The translations under genes were made by a program, and so were the position numbers. The notes below the pieces were generated by a model that made no database searches, was not told the DNA's origin, and saw only the letters and a program-made list of their open reading frames with translations. Shown in pieces: positions 18,370 to 29,101 of a stretch of 64,000 bases of DNA (position 1 is its first letter; each line of letters begins with the position of its first letter). Origin of the DNA: an uncultured Porphyromonadaceae bacterium (GTDB lineage Bacteria; Bacteroidota; Bacteroidia; Bacteroidales; Muribaculaceae); NCBI GenBank assembly GCA_902470475.1, contig CABRGT010000002.1, positions 25,046 through 89,045 of the forward strand. The letters are read 5' to 3'.

Positions 18370-19278
18370 TCAGTCGGCAAGTTCAACTTTGTCAAGATAC
18401 CCCTGATATGTATCGAAGCCGAGATCGGCCTTCACCGTAAACGGTGCTCCGCGGAAGCTGCATACAAACTCAAGAGTCGACCGTCCCTGGCCGGGGCACA
18501 CCGTGCACTTAAGCTGCGAGATAGGATAATCGGGCTGAGGCACATCGCCGATGGTCGGGATAAGCGCATCGCTCTGAAGAACGACATTGGCGTCGCCATC
18601 GACAGTGAAGGGAATTCCGGAGAACTTCATGTTGAGCGAAGGCATTCCCTGTGCGAAATTGGCATTGGCGATGTCGATAGAGGCCAGACGGTTTGTGAAG
18701 TCGAGTCCGATAACATAAAGAGAGGCGTCGGATGTGTAGCTGCTGCCCTGAGGCGAGACAGACACAGTGGTACCGCCGACACAGAACGGCTGACGGGATC
18801 CGACAATCTTGTACCGGCCGTCGAGTACAAACTGGAATTTCAGGGCCGGATCGTATACGCCGACTGCCGGAACAAGCTCGGTGCGGTCATTCCACAGGAG
18901 CTTGAAATCATCGATCAGCACGGGAGCGCCTGTACTGAGGGCGGCAGTCTTAAGGCCGGATGCCTCGGCCCACGCCGAGTTGCTCAGCTGGCGCCATTTC
19001 GACCCGTGCATCGCCACAACCGGATAATTGTATGAGCCGATCGACAGCCCGGACAACTCGAACTTCGCATCACCACTGTTCCAGTCGGCCTGCATCATGA
19101 TGGATATGTCAGGCGACACGGTAGCGGGGTTCTCACCCCGCAGGTCGGTCACTACGCCGTAGCAACGCAGGAAGCGGTATTCGTAGATTGTTTCTGTTTC
19201 GCCGTCGCTGTTGCAAGATGACAGACCGGCGGCAGCGACGGCCAACGCGGCACATGTCAGAGTCTTCAGAATATTCAT
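18370..19278 (-). CDS. Lipoprotein of unknown function (two beta-rich domains; C-domain possibly calycin/lipocalin-like)
   Basis: Lipobox LSSC followed by acidic NSDGETE; ANFAQGMPSLNMKFSGIPF. Own -7 element TAACTTTG at 19305-19312. Confidence 0.65.
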   Translation of the reverse strand: MNILKTLTCAALAVAAAGLSSCNSDGETETIYEYRFLRCYGVVTDLRGENPATVSPDISIMMQADWNSGDAKFELSGLSIGSYNYPVVAMHGSKWRQLSNSAWAEASGLKTAALSTGAPVLIDDFKLLWNDRTELVPAVGVYDPALKFQFVLDGRYKIVGSRQPFCVGGTTVSVSPQGSSYTSDASLYVIGLDFTNRLASIDIANANFAQGMPSLNMKFSGIPFTVDGDANVVLQSDALIPTIGDVPQPDYPISQLKCTVCPGQGRSTLEFVCSFRGAPFTVKADLGFDTYQGYLDKVELAD

Positions 19279-19339
19279 ATGAATCGATTAATAATTACTG
19301 AGGTCAAAGTTAAGAATAATTTCCAATTAATACAAACTA

Positions 19340-21565
19340 TCATACGCCCGTGTCAAGAGACAGCCGGAGCGTGACACCCCATGTGGCAGGCACACCACGC
19401 TGGGTAAAAGAATTGCCCATCGACATGAAATAGAAAGTGTCGTAGCGGGTATCCGTGATATTCTCTCCCCAAAATTTCAGTGACCAGCAATTCCGGACGA
19501 AAGTGACTGATGCGCCGGCCACCGCATAGAAAGGCTGGCTGAGGGTATTTTCCTCGTTCCAATAAATGTCGCCGGCAGCGCGGACATTGATTCCCACGGT
19601 CGGCCGCCAGCCAAACACCTCGAAAGGCAGCTCGTAACGTCCTGAGATGAAAAGCGTATGCGCCGGAGCATATGGCACCCGCTTACCGCGGAAATCAGCG
19701 CGGCCATTGTTGTATCGGCGGAAAACAGCATCGGTATATCCGTAATTGGCTATGAATGTCATAGACGGCAGCGGACGGAATGTCGATGAAAACTCTACAC
19801 CCGCCGAACGCGTGCGGCCCGCATTAGTCATGATACGGCCTGTGACCAGACCGGGAGGAAAGACTGTAAGCTGCTGATTCCGGCAGGATATCAGGAACGC
19901 CGTCGCCGACATGTTCACGCGTCCGTCGGCCAGATCGAATCGGCCTCCTATCTCATAATTGAGACTCTCCTCCGGCTTGTAGGTGACGATATCGGAAACT
20001 TTATACGGCATGCTCAGGCCCATCGTCTCCATCACCCGCTGCTGCAACACGTCACTGAACATCTGCGTATTAAACCCGCCTGATTTATAGCCTTTCGCGA
20101 AACTTGCATATACGTCGCCGTCGCGAAAATGATATGTAACGGAAACCTTGGGCAGCAGTTCGTTGAAATCCTGGCGGAGGCGTCCGCTGTCGTGTATATT
20201 CACATCGGTAGTGCGGAAAACCTCGCGATCGCCGTTATCGAGCATTTTATATACTGTATATGAAGCGTCGGCATCGCTGCGGTAGCGGCAGCTGACATGC
20301 TCATAGTCCCAGCGCAGCCCGGCTTCGAAAGTCCAGTCGCCCAGGTCGTAGGTACTCTCATGGTACAGGGCCACGCCTCGTGAATCCGTCGAAAAATCGC
20401 TCAATAGCGGGAATTCGTCACCATTCCATTCTATCGGGTACGCGGGGTTCATCTCATTACGCTTTTCCTCAATCAGCCGCGCTATGCCGGCCGAAAAGAA
20501 AGTCACTGGTGCTTTCATGCGGGTCGCACGGCTGAAACCGAACACACCGCCGAGCCATGAATAACATCCACGGCGACCTTTGGCGAAAAGATCCTCTGTG
20601 AAAGTCCATTCATGGCGGCGCTGCGTGAGCGTGAAATAATCCGCCGGAGTAAAATCCTGATCAAGAGTCATGTTGTCATCGAGATACTGCACTGATGTCA
20701 GACTCGTCACCACCACGCGACGCCCGGCCCACGCCACAGTCAGACCGTCGCTGAACGCATTGCGGCGATAGAAACAGGTATCGTTGTACGCTATCTGGCC
20801 GGTACGCGTCAGTGCATACGGATAGCCGCCCTGCCGCGAGAGGGAGAATGCGGCAGTGTTTGTCACCGAATGATGTTCTGACGGGAAAAAGACGGTCTTC
20901 CATCTCAGGGTGCCGGCATTGTCAGTTCCAACCTTAGATCCGTTGAATGCATTGCGCCAATAACCGTCGCTATGGGTATAATATGAACTCAACGATGTGA
21001 AAAGTCTGTCGCCGAGTTTGAAATAACCGCCGGCCGACGCCTTTACAGAATTTGCCCGGCCATACTGCAGCATGGCGCGCACTCCCTGGAAATCACGCGG
21101 CGAGAGAGTATATATATTGATCTGTCCGCCCATCGAGTTGCGGCCGTTGAGAAGCGACTGCGCGCCGCGCACGACCTCGATCGAATATATATCCGGCAGA
21201 TCGGTATCATATGCGTCCTTGTTCAGAAACGGCACACCGTCGATATTCAGTCCCACGACGGCCTGATCTATACGTGACCCGAGTCCGCGCATGTATATTG
21301 ACGATGTCATGCGCGAACCGTAGTTGGGGGTATAGAAGTTGGGGACAATCTCTCCGATATCCTTTACGGCATCAATGTCGAGGCGCCGGGCCAATGCAGC
21401 GGATATACGTGTGACCGGCGACGACCCGGCGGTGGGCATCTGCTTGATTCCAAGCACCTCGACCTCCTTAAGCTGCCGCGGGGCCTCCATACATACCGTA
21501 TCATTCGTTTCGGCGACGGCTGCCAGAGACATGGCGCCTGCCATAAGCATAATATGTCTTTTCAC
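19340..21565 (-). CDS. TonB-dependent receptor (non-SusC, siderophore/vitamin-type)
   Basis: GTG start with signal peptide; TonB-box-like LKEVEV; plug SSIYMRGLG, IEVVRGAQSLLNGRNSMGGQINI; GYKSGGFN; NITDTRY. Confidence 0.9.
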   Translation of the reverse strand: MKRHIMLMAGAMSLAAVAETNDTVCMEAPRQLKEVEVLGIKQMPTAGSSPVTRISAALARRLDIDAVKDIGEIVPNFYTPNYGSRMTSSIYMRGLGSRIDQAVVGLNIDGVPFLNKDAYDTDLPDIYSIEVVRGAQSLLNGRNSMGGQINIYTLSPRDFQGVRAMLQYGRANSVKASAGGYFKLGDRLFTSLSSYYTHSDGYWRNAFNGSKVGTDNAGTLRWKTVFFPSEHHSVTNTAAFSLSRQGGYPYALTRTGQIAYNDTCFYRRNAFSDGLTVAWAGRRVVVTSLTSVQYLDDNMTLDQDFTPADYFTLTQRRHEWTFTEDLFAKGRRGCYSWLGGVFGFSRATRMKAPVTFFSAGIARLIEEKRNEMNPAYPIEWNGDEFPLLSDFSTDSRGVALYHESTYDLGDWTFEAGLRWDYEHVSCRYRSDADASYTVYKMLDNGDREVFRTTDVNIHDSGRLRQDFNELLPKVSVTYHFRDGDVYASFAKGYKSGGFNTQMFSDVLQQRVMETMGLSMPYKVSDIVTYKPEESLNYEIGGRFDLADGRVNMSATAFLISCRNQQLTVFPPGLVTGRIMTNAGRTRSAGVEFSSTFRPLPSMTFIANYGYTDAVFRRYNNGRADFRGKRVPYAPAHTLFISGRYELPFEVFGWRPTVGINVRAAGDIYWNEENTLSQPFYAVAGASVTFVRNCWSLKFWGENITDTRYDTFYFMSMGNSFTQRGVPATWGVTLRLSLDTGV

Positions 21566-21695
21566 GTCACAAAGTTAAGGCATTTTTCTCAATAAACCTT
21601 AAAAGTATGGCTGATCGTCACATATTTCCAGAAAAAATGCTTAAATTTGCACAAAGACGAATTATAACGAGAAAAAAAGCTCTATAAGGACACCT

Positions 21696-22253
21696 ATGGC
21701 AAACATTCCGGCAGAAGATCCGGCATTGATCGAACGTCTGCGCGACCCTGCGACAGTGCGCGAGGCATTCAGTGAAGTGATAGACCGCTTCACCGAACCT
21801 CTGTACTGGCAGATCCGCCGCCTGGTCAACGATCATGACGACGCCAACGACCTGCTGCAGAATACCTTTATGAAAGCCTGGATGTCTGTCGAGAACTTCC
21901 GCGGCGATGCGCGGCTGTCGACCTGGCTCTACAAGATCGCGATCAACGAGGCCATCACGTTCCTTTCACGCGAGAAGCGTCGCGCCACCGTTTCAATCGA
22001 TGATCCCGAAAACTCCGTTGCCCCGACTATCGAGGCTGACGCCTACACCGACGGCGACCGCATCGCGGCCGAACTCCGCCAAGCCGTCGACACACTTCCT
22101 GAGAAACAGAGGATCGTGTTCAACATGAAATACTACGACGACATGAAATATGAGGACATGTCATCCATCTTAGGGACATCTGTCGGCGCACTCAAGGCCT
22201 CATACCATCTCGCCGTGAAAAAAATTGAAAACTTTTTTAATAACCGCGATTAA
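21696..22253 (+). CDS. ECF sigma-70 factor
   Basis: DDANDLLQNTFMKAW, STWLYKIAINE, LPEKQRIVF, GTSVGALKASYHLA; 185 aa. Confidence 0.93.
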   Translation: MANIPAEDPALIERLRDPATVREAFSEVIDRFTEPLYWQIRRLVNDHDDANDLLQNTFMKAWMSVENFRGDARLSTWLYKIAINEAITFLSREKRRATVSIDDPENSVAPTIEADAYTDGDRIAAELRQAVDTLPEKQRIVFNMKYYDDMKYEDMSSILGTSVGALKASYHLAVKKIENFFNNRD

Positions 22254-22296
22254 ACCATTCATACCGGAACAAGTCAAAAAAGGTAAATAATTAAGT

Positions 22297-22722
22297 ATGG
22301 ATAAACCGCACGACATACTCGACAAAATCAACCGGCGCGACGGCCTCACTGTACCGGAAGGCTATTTTGAGGATTTTAAGCGTCGGATGATACTCTCGCT
22401 GCCCCAGCGGCCCGAACTCAGCGCCCCGGCGAAGGCGCCCCGGCGAAGCGTATGGCAGCGCGTTCGGCCATACATATATATGGCCGCAATGTTCGGCGGT
22501 ATCTGGTGCATGCTTAAACTTTTCACGATGATCACCGCTCCGGCCGATGTGTCCATGGAAAATAATCCCATCATAGCGGACGCGCTTTCGGATGACGAAT
22601 TCGTCAATGACTATATCGTCAGCGACATCAATCAATGGGACTATTACGACCAGCTCATCGAAGATGGCTTCGATCCGGAGTCGCTCAACGACTCGACCGC
22701 CATCTGTGACGTCGTAGATTAA
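22297..22722 (+). CDS. Putative single-TM anti-sigma factor
   Basis: VPEGYFEDF N-terminal motif, one TM, acidic C-terminus; directly after the ECF sigma. Confidence 0.65.
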   Translation: MDKPHDILDKINRRDGLTVPEGYFEDFKRRMILSLPQRPELSAPAKAPRRSVWQRVRPYIYMAAMFGGIWCMLKLFTMITAPADVSMENNPIIADALSDDEFVNDYIVSDINQWDYYDQLIEDGFDPESLNDSTAICDVVD

Positions 22723-23210
22723 TGCTCTGCCCTATGTTGAAATACTTCTCACTTACGACTCTCTTTATTCTTTCTCTGATCTGCTCCGCCACTGCCGCCG
22801 CACAAGGTCAGGGAACGCCGGCCGAACGCCAGCGCTGGATCAGCGAAATCCGCACATACAAGCATGAATTCCTTTCAAAGGAACTCAGCCTGAGTCGCGA
22901 ACAGGAAAATGCATTTTTCCCCATCTACGACGAGATGGAAGACCAGATCGAGAAACTTAACAGCGAAACGCGCGAGATCGAACGCCGTGTGTCAGAAGAC
23001 AGCAACGCTTCCGATCTCGAACTACAGAATGCCGCACGCACGATATTCGAACTTAAACGGGCCGAAGGACAGATCGAAATGACCTACTTCGATAAATTCA
23101 GCGAGATTCTATCGCCCAGGCAACTCGTGCAACTGAAACCGGCCGAGCGCAAATTCACTCAGCAACTCCTCAACAGCCACCGTCGCATCCGCCGCGGCAA
23201 CTCAAGATAA
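22722..23210 (+). CDS. Periplasmic helical Spy/CpxP-like protein (ECF operon partner)
   Basis: Signal peptide; ELSLSREQENAFFPIY and ILSPRQL (LTxxQ-like) motifs; TAATG coupling to the previous gene. Confidence 0.7.
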   Translation: MLCPMLKYFSLTTLFILSLICSATAAAQGQGTPAERQRWISEIRTYKHEFLSKELSLSREQENAFFPIYDEMEDQIEKLNSETREIERRVSEDSNASDLELQNAARTIFELKRAEGQIEMTYFDKFSEILSPRQLVQLKPAERKFTQQLLNSHRRIRRGNSR

Positions 23211-23212
23211 AT

Positions 23213-24721
23213 TTACTTTCTCTCAGTCATATCCGGCCGTACGCCCCAATCGTGCGGCCGTTTTTTTCGGTACACGGCCATCCGTGTACGATATGGATTG
23301 AACTGTTCGTCGTTTACCGTCACAAGCTCGTACTCGGCCATATATGGTTTAAGCATGGACAGCGACCCGTCGGAATCCTCGTACTCAGCAATCACCCAAA
23401 GCGGATCCGTCGTAATGAAATCGTCAATTATATCGTTATAAAGACTTTCGTCGAGCTGCCCATACATATTCTGCTGGAAGAAATATTTCCCTGCCGGCAA
23501 TGTCCCGAGGCTAAGCGGAATGTCCGCAAGATCTATTGTACCACAGACATATATCGAATTGCGCTCTTCCGGAGGAATAATGGCAAAGTTTCCGACAACC
23601 GGATCGACATTATGATCTGTATAAAACGCACTACGTACGCGATACACCATATTTTCGCGCGTAATATACAGAAAGCAAGCACTTAGGATCACGAAAACAA
23701 GATATATGCACCACCTCTTCCAGTCGAAATACAACCACATGAAAGCCATGAATGGCGCGAACATTACAAGATAATGTGTATAACTCGTGCTACCAAGATT
23801 TATCAGAATGTTGACAAGGCAGCCAGCCAACACTATGTATAAGACAATTCGCGAATTCCTGTCACCTGCGAAAACACAGGATGCAGTCAATGAAATCAAA
23901 GATATCAGATATATGATGATGAAAAGAGGATTGGGCATAAATCCGCCCGCACCCCAACCCGTCTTATACAGCCAGCCGACGTAGTAGACCGAATAGAACA
24001 TGGCCGACAGCGCTCCATGGCATGCGAAATAGACAATGAACGGAAGAATGGCCACAATCAAACCGGCCGCAAAAAGCGATATCGAATATACCAGCTTCCT
24101 GTAATATCTGTAGCGGATAAGCCATATGGCCATTACTATGCATATGCCTGTAATGACAGCATTGTTATTGATTCTTATCAGAGCCACACAGCCGAAACAT
24201 AGTCCGGTAACGAATGAACACACATTCAGCGCCGATGATTTTCCCGTCAGAAACCTCGATAAAAGCCACAGCGGCAGCAGTTCGAAAGGAAGTGAGAACT
24301 CTTCGACGGTTCCACCCATTTCACATAGAATAACGACTGCCAGAATCATTACAACTGATGCCAGGCGGCTGTTGGATCTTGAGCATCCGAGAGTTGTACC
24401 GACTTTATAGAATATCGAGGCGGAAAGAGTCAAAGTCAGACATTCGACAATGAATATCCACCATTTTGAAGGACCGATCACGGCGACCAAGGCATAGATC
24501 AGATATAGCAGCGGCCCTTTCTGATCAAACAGATCCACATATGGCAGACCTCCCTGAGCCCAGCACTGCCCGATAGTGCGGAATATACCCACGTCATACA
24601 TAGCCTGAGGCAATGCCGGCGACGTACCGGGAGCCAGAAACCACAGCACCACAAACGAGACCGTCACAAAAAGTGATACCGTCAAAGCGCCGTTGATTAT
24701 GTTCGTTCTTTCAATCATCAT
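23213..24721 (-). CDS. Polytopic membrane glycosyltransferase (GT-C fold, ArnT/GT39-like)
   Basis: DVGIFRTIG..W..GGLPYVDLFDQKGPLLY loop, EEFSLPF, many TM segments; low GC. Confidence 0.75.
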   Translation of the reverse strand: MMIERTNIINGALTVSLFVTVSFVVLWFLAPGTSPALPQAMYDVGIFRTIGQCWAQGGLPYVDLFDQKGPLLYLIYALVAVIGPSKWWIFIVECLTLTLSASIFYKVGTTLGCSRSNSRLASVVMILAVVILCEMGGTVEEFSLPFELLPLWLLSRFLTGKSSALNVCSFVTGLCFGCVALIRINNNAVITGICIVMAIWLIRYRYYRKLVYSISLFAAGLIVAILPFIVYFACHGALSAMFYSVYYVGWLYKTGWGAGGFMPNPLFIIIYLISLISLTASCVFAGDRNSRIVLYIVLAGCLVNILINLGSTSYTHYLVMFAPFMAFMWLYFDWKRWCIYLVFVILSACFLYITRENMVYRVRSAFYTDHNVDPVVGNFAIIPPEERNSIYVCGTIDLADIPLSLGTLPAGKYFFQQNMYGQLDESLYNDIIDDFITTDPLWVIAEYEDSDGSLSMLKPYMAEYELVTVNDEQFNPYRTRMAVYRKKRPHDWGVRPDMTERK

Positions 24722-26526
24722 CTCCCGAAATAGTTACCGCGGATTATGAGGCTACTTATTTCAAATGCGTTTTTAAGTACTTCGATCTGCTCCGGATCCG
24801 AAGTCCCGACTACTTCCTTTGTCCACATGTCGTACGCACCGGCGCGCCCGTCGAGCATCGATCGCCCTACTCCCGTATAAGTTATCGACGGATCGTGACC
24901 GCAAAGCTGCAGAACCGTCGGAAAGACATCAACCTGGCCGACAATATGATCAACTTTCCCGCCGTAGCCCGAATTGGCCGCAATAAAGACAATCGGATTT
25001 GAATGTTCCTTTATATTATCCTGATTGCCGATACCAATACTCTGGTCGTGATCCGAAGCTATGACAAGGACGGTATTCTCCCATATCCCCTGCCCTTTCA
25101 GGCCGTCAATAAAGCGTGCCAGCTCCGTATCAAAATAGCGTGTAGCCGCATAATAATTCCGCGCATTACCGCTATAATCTGCCGAATCAAAAAGTTCACG
25201 ATATTTTATTGTAGAACTTTCGCCAAACGGCATATGCATGGATCCTGTAATTATCTCCAAAGTAAACGGCATCTGAAAGCGTTTTATTTCCGTAAGAGCA
25301 AATCTGAATATCGCGCCGTCAAGGCCATACTTTCCGATCTGACCCTTGTAGGCTTCTTCGGTATACACAGAATCAAATCCAAACGCCCGCAGCAGTTGCT
25401 TCTGCGACCAATATACTCCATCGTCCGGCACAATAGCCCGGCTGATACGCCTGTCAAGTGATCCCGGAAGAGATGGATAAGATACTGATGTTCCAACTCT
25501 ATTAGACACGATCACATTATCCAACGGGAACAGGCCCGTATTGTAAAGCAACTGACCGTCACCGGAATTACCTAATTTAATCTGAGGAATAACTTTAACA
25601 GCTGAAAAGGTCAGGGAATCTGCAATAAGAGAATTCAACGTAGGCGTAATCTCGTTGCCATTGATGCTAAGTCCTATTACTTCCGCATTAAGTGATTCTA
25701 CAATAATAAATATTACATTCTTCGAGCGATTGTTTAAATTTACACACCCTGAATCCCTAAACTCTGCACTTTTTGCTTTCAGATAAGCTTCAAGTAAATT
25801 CTTTTGTCCATCGTCAAGCGCTAAAGAACAATCCGGCGTAATGAATTCTTTATAAATATCCATTGCCGTATGAACGAGCAGCCCGTTCACCTGATAAAGT
25901 CTTTTATCCGTGCCGGTATCAAATTCATTTACATATATTGTTTTAAAAAAATCCTCCATCGATATTCCATCCGTATTATCTTGGAACCACCGATACATAT
26001 TATAGTTTGCAGATATCTGCATGCAGACAAACAGCACCATAGTGCCGGCAGTTGCCAGCCAGCGTAAACGCGGAGCGAAGCGCGGTTCTGACTTTATTTG
26101 TCTCCTGAAAATAAAGTAGATGGCGAAAGGCATGGCAAGCAATACCGCCAGCACGAGGTCGGCCCAACCGATCAAAGCGAACCAGCTGTTGAAAAGCAGG
26201 CTTCCGAAATTTTCAGTCAGTGTGAACATCCTCACGTGAATCAGTTCATGAAACGCCCTGGCGTAATATATCGCTATAATGACAAACAGACCAAGCAGCG
26301 TTGTGCATATGAGCAATGTCCAGCGCCAACGTCCTTTAAGAAACCAGAAAGGGATCACCAGCACAAGCGCATCCACCATCGAGTAGACTATTCTGTGCCA
26401 TCCTGGCAAAAGATAGAGTCTAAGCCAGGCCAGAAAAGTAAACATACACAACACCGACACCTCCAGGAAGAACAAAGAGTAGCGCCGCTCGAGAATGCCG
26501 GATCTGATTCTGTCGAACATATTCAT
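24718..26526 (-). CDS. LTA-synthase (LtaS)-family / alkaline-phosphatase-superfamily transferase
   Basis: About 5 N-terminal TM; NVIFIIVESL, GNSGDGQ..NTGLFP (Ser at the nucleophile position), SMHMPF, YFDTEL, NTVLVIASDH, GQVDVFPTVL. Confidence 0.85.
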   Translation of the reverse strand: MNMFDRIRSGILERRYSLFFLEVSVLCMFTFLAWLRLYLLPGWHRIVYSMVDALVLVIPFWFLKGRWRWTLLICTTLLGLFVIIAIYYARAFHELIHVRMFTLTENFGSLLFNSWFALIGWADLVLAVLLAMPFAIYFIFRRQIKSEPRFAPRLRWLATAGTMVLFVCMQISANYNMYRWFQDNTDGISMEDFFKTIYVNEFDTGTDKRLYQVNGLLVHTAMDIYKEFITPDCSLALDDGQKNLLEAYLKAKSAEFRDSGCVNLNNRSKNVIFIIVESLNAEVIGLSINGNEITPTLNSLIADSLTFSAVKVIPQIKLGNSGDGQLLYNTGLFPLDNVIVSNRVGTSVSYPSLPGSLDRRISRAIVPDDGVYWSQKQLLRAFGFDSVYTEEAYKGQIGKYGLDGAIFRFALTEIKRFQMPFTLEIITGSMHMPFGESSTIKYRELFDSADYSGNARNYYAATRYFDTELARFIDGLKGQGIWENTVLVIASDHDQSIGIGNQDNIKEHSNPIVFIAANSGYGGKVDHIVGQVDVFPTVLQLCGHDPSITYTGVGRSMLDGRAGAYDMWTKEVVGTSDPEQIEVLKNAFEISSLIIRGNYFGR

Positions 26527-26529
26527 AGC

Positions 26530-26574
26530 AAAATAAAAAGCGGGAGAGTGTCAGACTTGTGCGTGACACTCTCC
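26530..26574 (-). terminator. Terminator of ftsH
   Basis: GGAGAGTGTCA/TGACACTCTCC 11-bp stem followed on the minus strand by TTTTTATTTT. Confidence 0.8.
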
Positions 26575-26594
26575 TATGATGGTCTTACAAAATA

Positions 26595-28694
26595 TCAGGC
26601 GTCCACACTATTATATGGCGGTGGAGTCGCCGTATCTTCAGGTTTCCCGGACTCGGACGAATCAGACTCGCCGGGCCGTTCAGATGATTCCGGTTCGCCT
26701 GACGGTTCGGAGGGCGTCAAGTCGGCCTTGGGATTGTCTTCAATAGCCTTGCCTTCCTGGATCTGCTTGCGGGGATCGGCCTCAAGAATCTCATCGGTAC
26801 GGCTCTTCCACGGACGCTCGCCGAAGATATCGATTACATCCTGCGTGAAGATCACCTCGCGGGTGATAAGTACATCCGTCAGTTTGTGATGGCCTTCGGC
26901 ATACTTGCGCAGTATTTCCTTGGCACGTTCGTACTGCTCGGCGATGATGCGCGACACTTCCTGATCGATCACTTTCGCGCGATCCTCGGAGAACGGCTTC
27001 GTGAAGCCGTACGACTGGCCCGTGGAGTCATAGTACGACAGATTGGGCATGCGCTCGCTCATTCCGTAATATACGATCATGGCATAGGCCTGCTTGGTCA
27101 CACGCTCGAGATCGTTTGCGGCACCGGTCGAAATGTGTCCGAGGAACACCTCCTCGGCTGCGCGGCCGCCCAGGGTAGCGCATATCTCATCGAGAATCAC
27201 CTGCGAAGGGGTGATCTGACGCTCTTCGGGCAGATACCATGCCGCTCCGAGCGCCTTGCCGCGCGGCACGATAGTCACCTTGACAAGCGGATTGGCATAC
27301 CGCAGGTGCCATGACACAGTGGCATGGCCGGCTTCGTGGATGGCGATCGCCCGCTTCTCGTCATCGGTGATTATCTTGTTGCGCTTCTCCAGGCCGCCGA
27401 TGATGCGGTCAACGGCAGCCGAGAAATCTTCTTTGGTCACAACTTTCTTATTGTTTCGTGCCGCTATCAGAGCCGCCTCATTGCATACGTTGGCTATATC
27501 GGCGCCGGAGAATCCCGGGGTCTGACGCGCAAGCAGCTCCACGTCGAGCGAGTCGTCGGTCTTGATCTTGCGCAGATGCACATTGAAGATAGCCACGCGG
27601 TCGGGCAGATCAGGCAGGTCGACATAAATCTGACGGTCGAAACGCCCGGCTCGCATCAGAGCCTTGTCGAGTATGTCGGCGCGGTTGGTGGCGGCGAGAA
27701 TTATCACACCGCTGTTGCTGCCAAAGCCGTCCATCTCGGTAAGGAGCTGGTTCAGGGTATTCTCCCGCTCGTCGTTCGATCCCATGTTGGCGTTGCGTCC
27801 GCGTGCGCGGCCGACGGCATCAATCTCGTCGATAAACACGATGCAGGGGGCCTTTTCCTTCGCCTGTCGGAAAAGATCACGGACACGTGATGCGCCGACA
27901 CCGACAAACATTTCTACAAAATCGCTACCCGACATCGAGAAGAACGGCACATTAGCCTCGCCGGCCACAGCCTTGGCGAGCAATGTCTTACCAGTGCCGG
28001 GAGGGCCTACGAGCAGCGCGCCCTTGGGAATCTTACCGCCAAGATCGGTGTAGCGCGACGGATTCTTGAGAAATTCCACAATCTCCTCGATCTCCGTCTT
28101 GGCTTCTGACAGGCCGGCCACATCCTTGAATGTGACTTTGTTGGCATTGTTCTTATCGAAAAGCATAGCCTTTGACTTGCCTACCGAGAATACTCCGCCG
28201 GCACCGCCGCCGCCACTGCCGCCGCTCATGCGGCGCATGATCCATATCCACGCGATGATCAGAATCACTATCGGAGCCAGCGACCACAGGAACGATCCGA
28301 ACTGGCTGCTCCGCTCATATTTTACCGTACCGTTGAAGTATCCGGCGGCTTTCCATTCGTCGATTTTGGAATCAAACTTGTCGGCCGACGGAATTTCCGT
28401 AGTGATCTTGGCCTTGACCGACGTGTCGGCCAGCTTTTCGGCAAAGAACGCATGCGCCATCGAATCGGTCAGCAGCCCCTCGGCTTCCTTGCGGTCGGTA
28501 TATACGATGATCTCACGTACACCTTTCTTCTCGACAATCGACTCGAATTCCGAATAACTTACCGTACGCGTCACCGACGTGTCGTCGAGATAATATATGC
28601 CGCCGAGAAACAGGAAAACCAGCGCATACATCCACCAGAGATTGAATGTAAACGGTTTCTTCTTGCCACCCGGCATATTGGAATTATTGGCCAT
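26595..28694 (-). CDS. ftsH: ATP-dependent zinc metalloprotease FtsH
   Basis: 2 [36 protein letters not shown]. Confidence 0.98.
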   Translation of the reverse strand: MANNSNMPGGKKKPFTFNLWWMYALVFLFLGGIYYLDDTSVTRTVSYSEFESIVEKKGVREIIVYTDRKEAEGLLTDSMAHAFFAEKLADTSVKAKITTEIPSADKFDSKIDEWKAAGYFNGTVKYERSSQFGSFLWSLAPIVILIIAWIWIMRRMSGGSGGGGAGGVFSVGKSKAMLFDKNNANKVTFKDVAGLSEAKTEIEEIVEFLKNPSRYTDLGGKIPKGALLVGPPGTGKTLLAKAVAGEANVPFFSMSGSDFVEMFVGVGASRVRDLFRQAKEKAPCIVFIDEIDAVGRARGRNANMGSNDERENTLNQLLTEMDGFGSNSGVIILAATNRADILDKALMRAGRFDRQIYVDLPDLPDRVAIFNVHLRKIKTDDSLDVELLARQTPGFSGADIANVCNEAALIAARNNKKVVTKEDFSAAVDRIIGGLEKRNKIITDDEKRAIAIHEAGHATVSWHLRYANPLVKVTIVPRGKALGAAWYLPEERQITPSQVILDEICATLGGRAAEEVFLGHISTGAANDLERVTKQAYAMIVYYGMSERMPNLSYYDSTGQSYGFTKPFSEDRAKVIDQEVSRIIAEQYERAKEILRKYAEGHHKLTDVLITREVIFTQDVIDIFGERPWKSRTDEILEADPRKQIQEGKAIEDNPKADLTPSEPSGEPESSERPGESDSSESGKPEDTATPPPYNSVDA

Positions 28695-28735
28695 AATGGA
28701 TGAATTTTTGTGCCGGCCTGTGAGCCGGGCCTTTA

Positions 28736-29101
28736 CTAATCTAAATCAGGGATTTCGGTTATATCAGCATCGCTCCACAGCTCCTCGAGATTGTAGCGCA
28801 TTCGGGCCTCGGGAAGGAAGATGTGTATCCATGTGTCGCCGTAATCGAGCACGATCCACTCGGAATTCTTGAATCCGTCGGTATTGTAGGGCTTCATGCG
28901 CGCATCTTCCAGCAGCCGCTCTTCCAGATGGTCGGCAATAGATGCCACCTGTGTGGTCGAATTTCCTTCGGCTATGATGAATGTCGACGCCGAGGCGCCG
29001 GGAATTTTTTCGAGATCGACTACGGTGATCGAGTGTCCCTTGCGATCGCGAATCGCATCTATGATTAAGTCGCGGGTAGTTGTGATGGTCTGTGATGTCA
29101 T
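28736..29101 (-). CDS. rsfS: Ribosome silencing factor RsfS
   Basis: DRKGHSITVVDL, FIIAEGNSTTQV, WIVLDYGD..IHIF...R..YNLEELW. -7 element TATATTTG at 29123-29130. Confidence 0.95.
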   Translation of the reverse strand: MTSQTITTTRDLIIDAIRDRKGHSITVVDLEKIPGASASTFIIAEGNSTTQVASIADHLEERLLEDARMKPYNTDGFKNSEWIVLDYGDTWIHIFLPEARMRYNLEELWSDADITEIPDLD

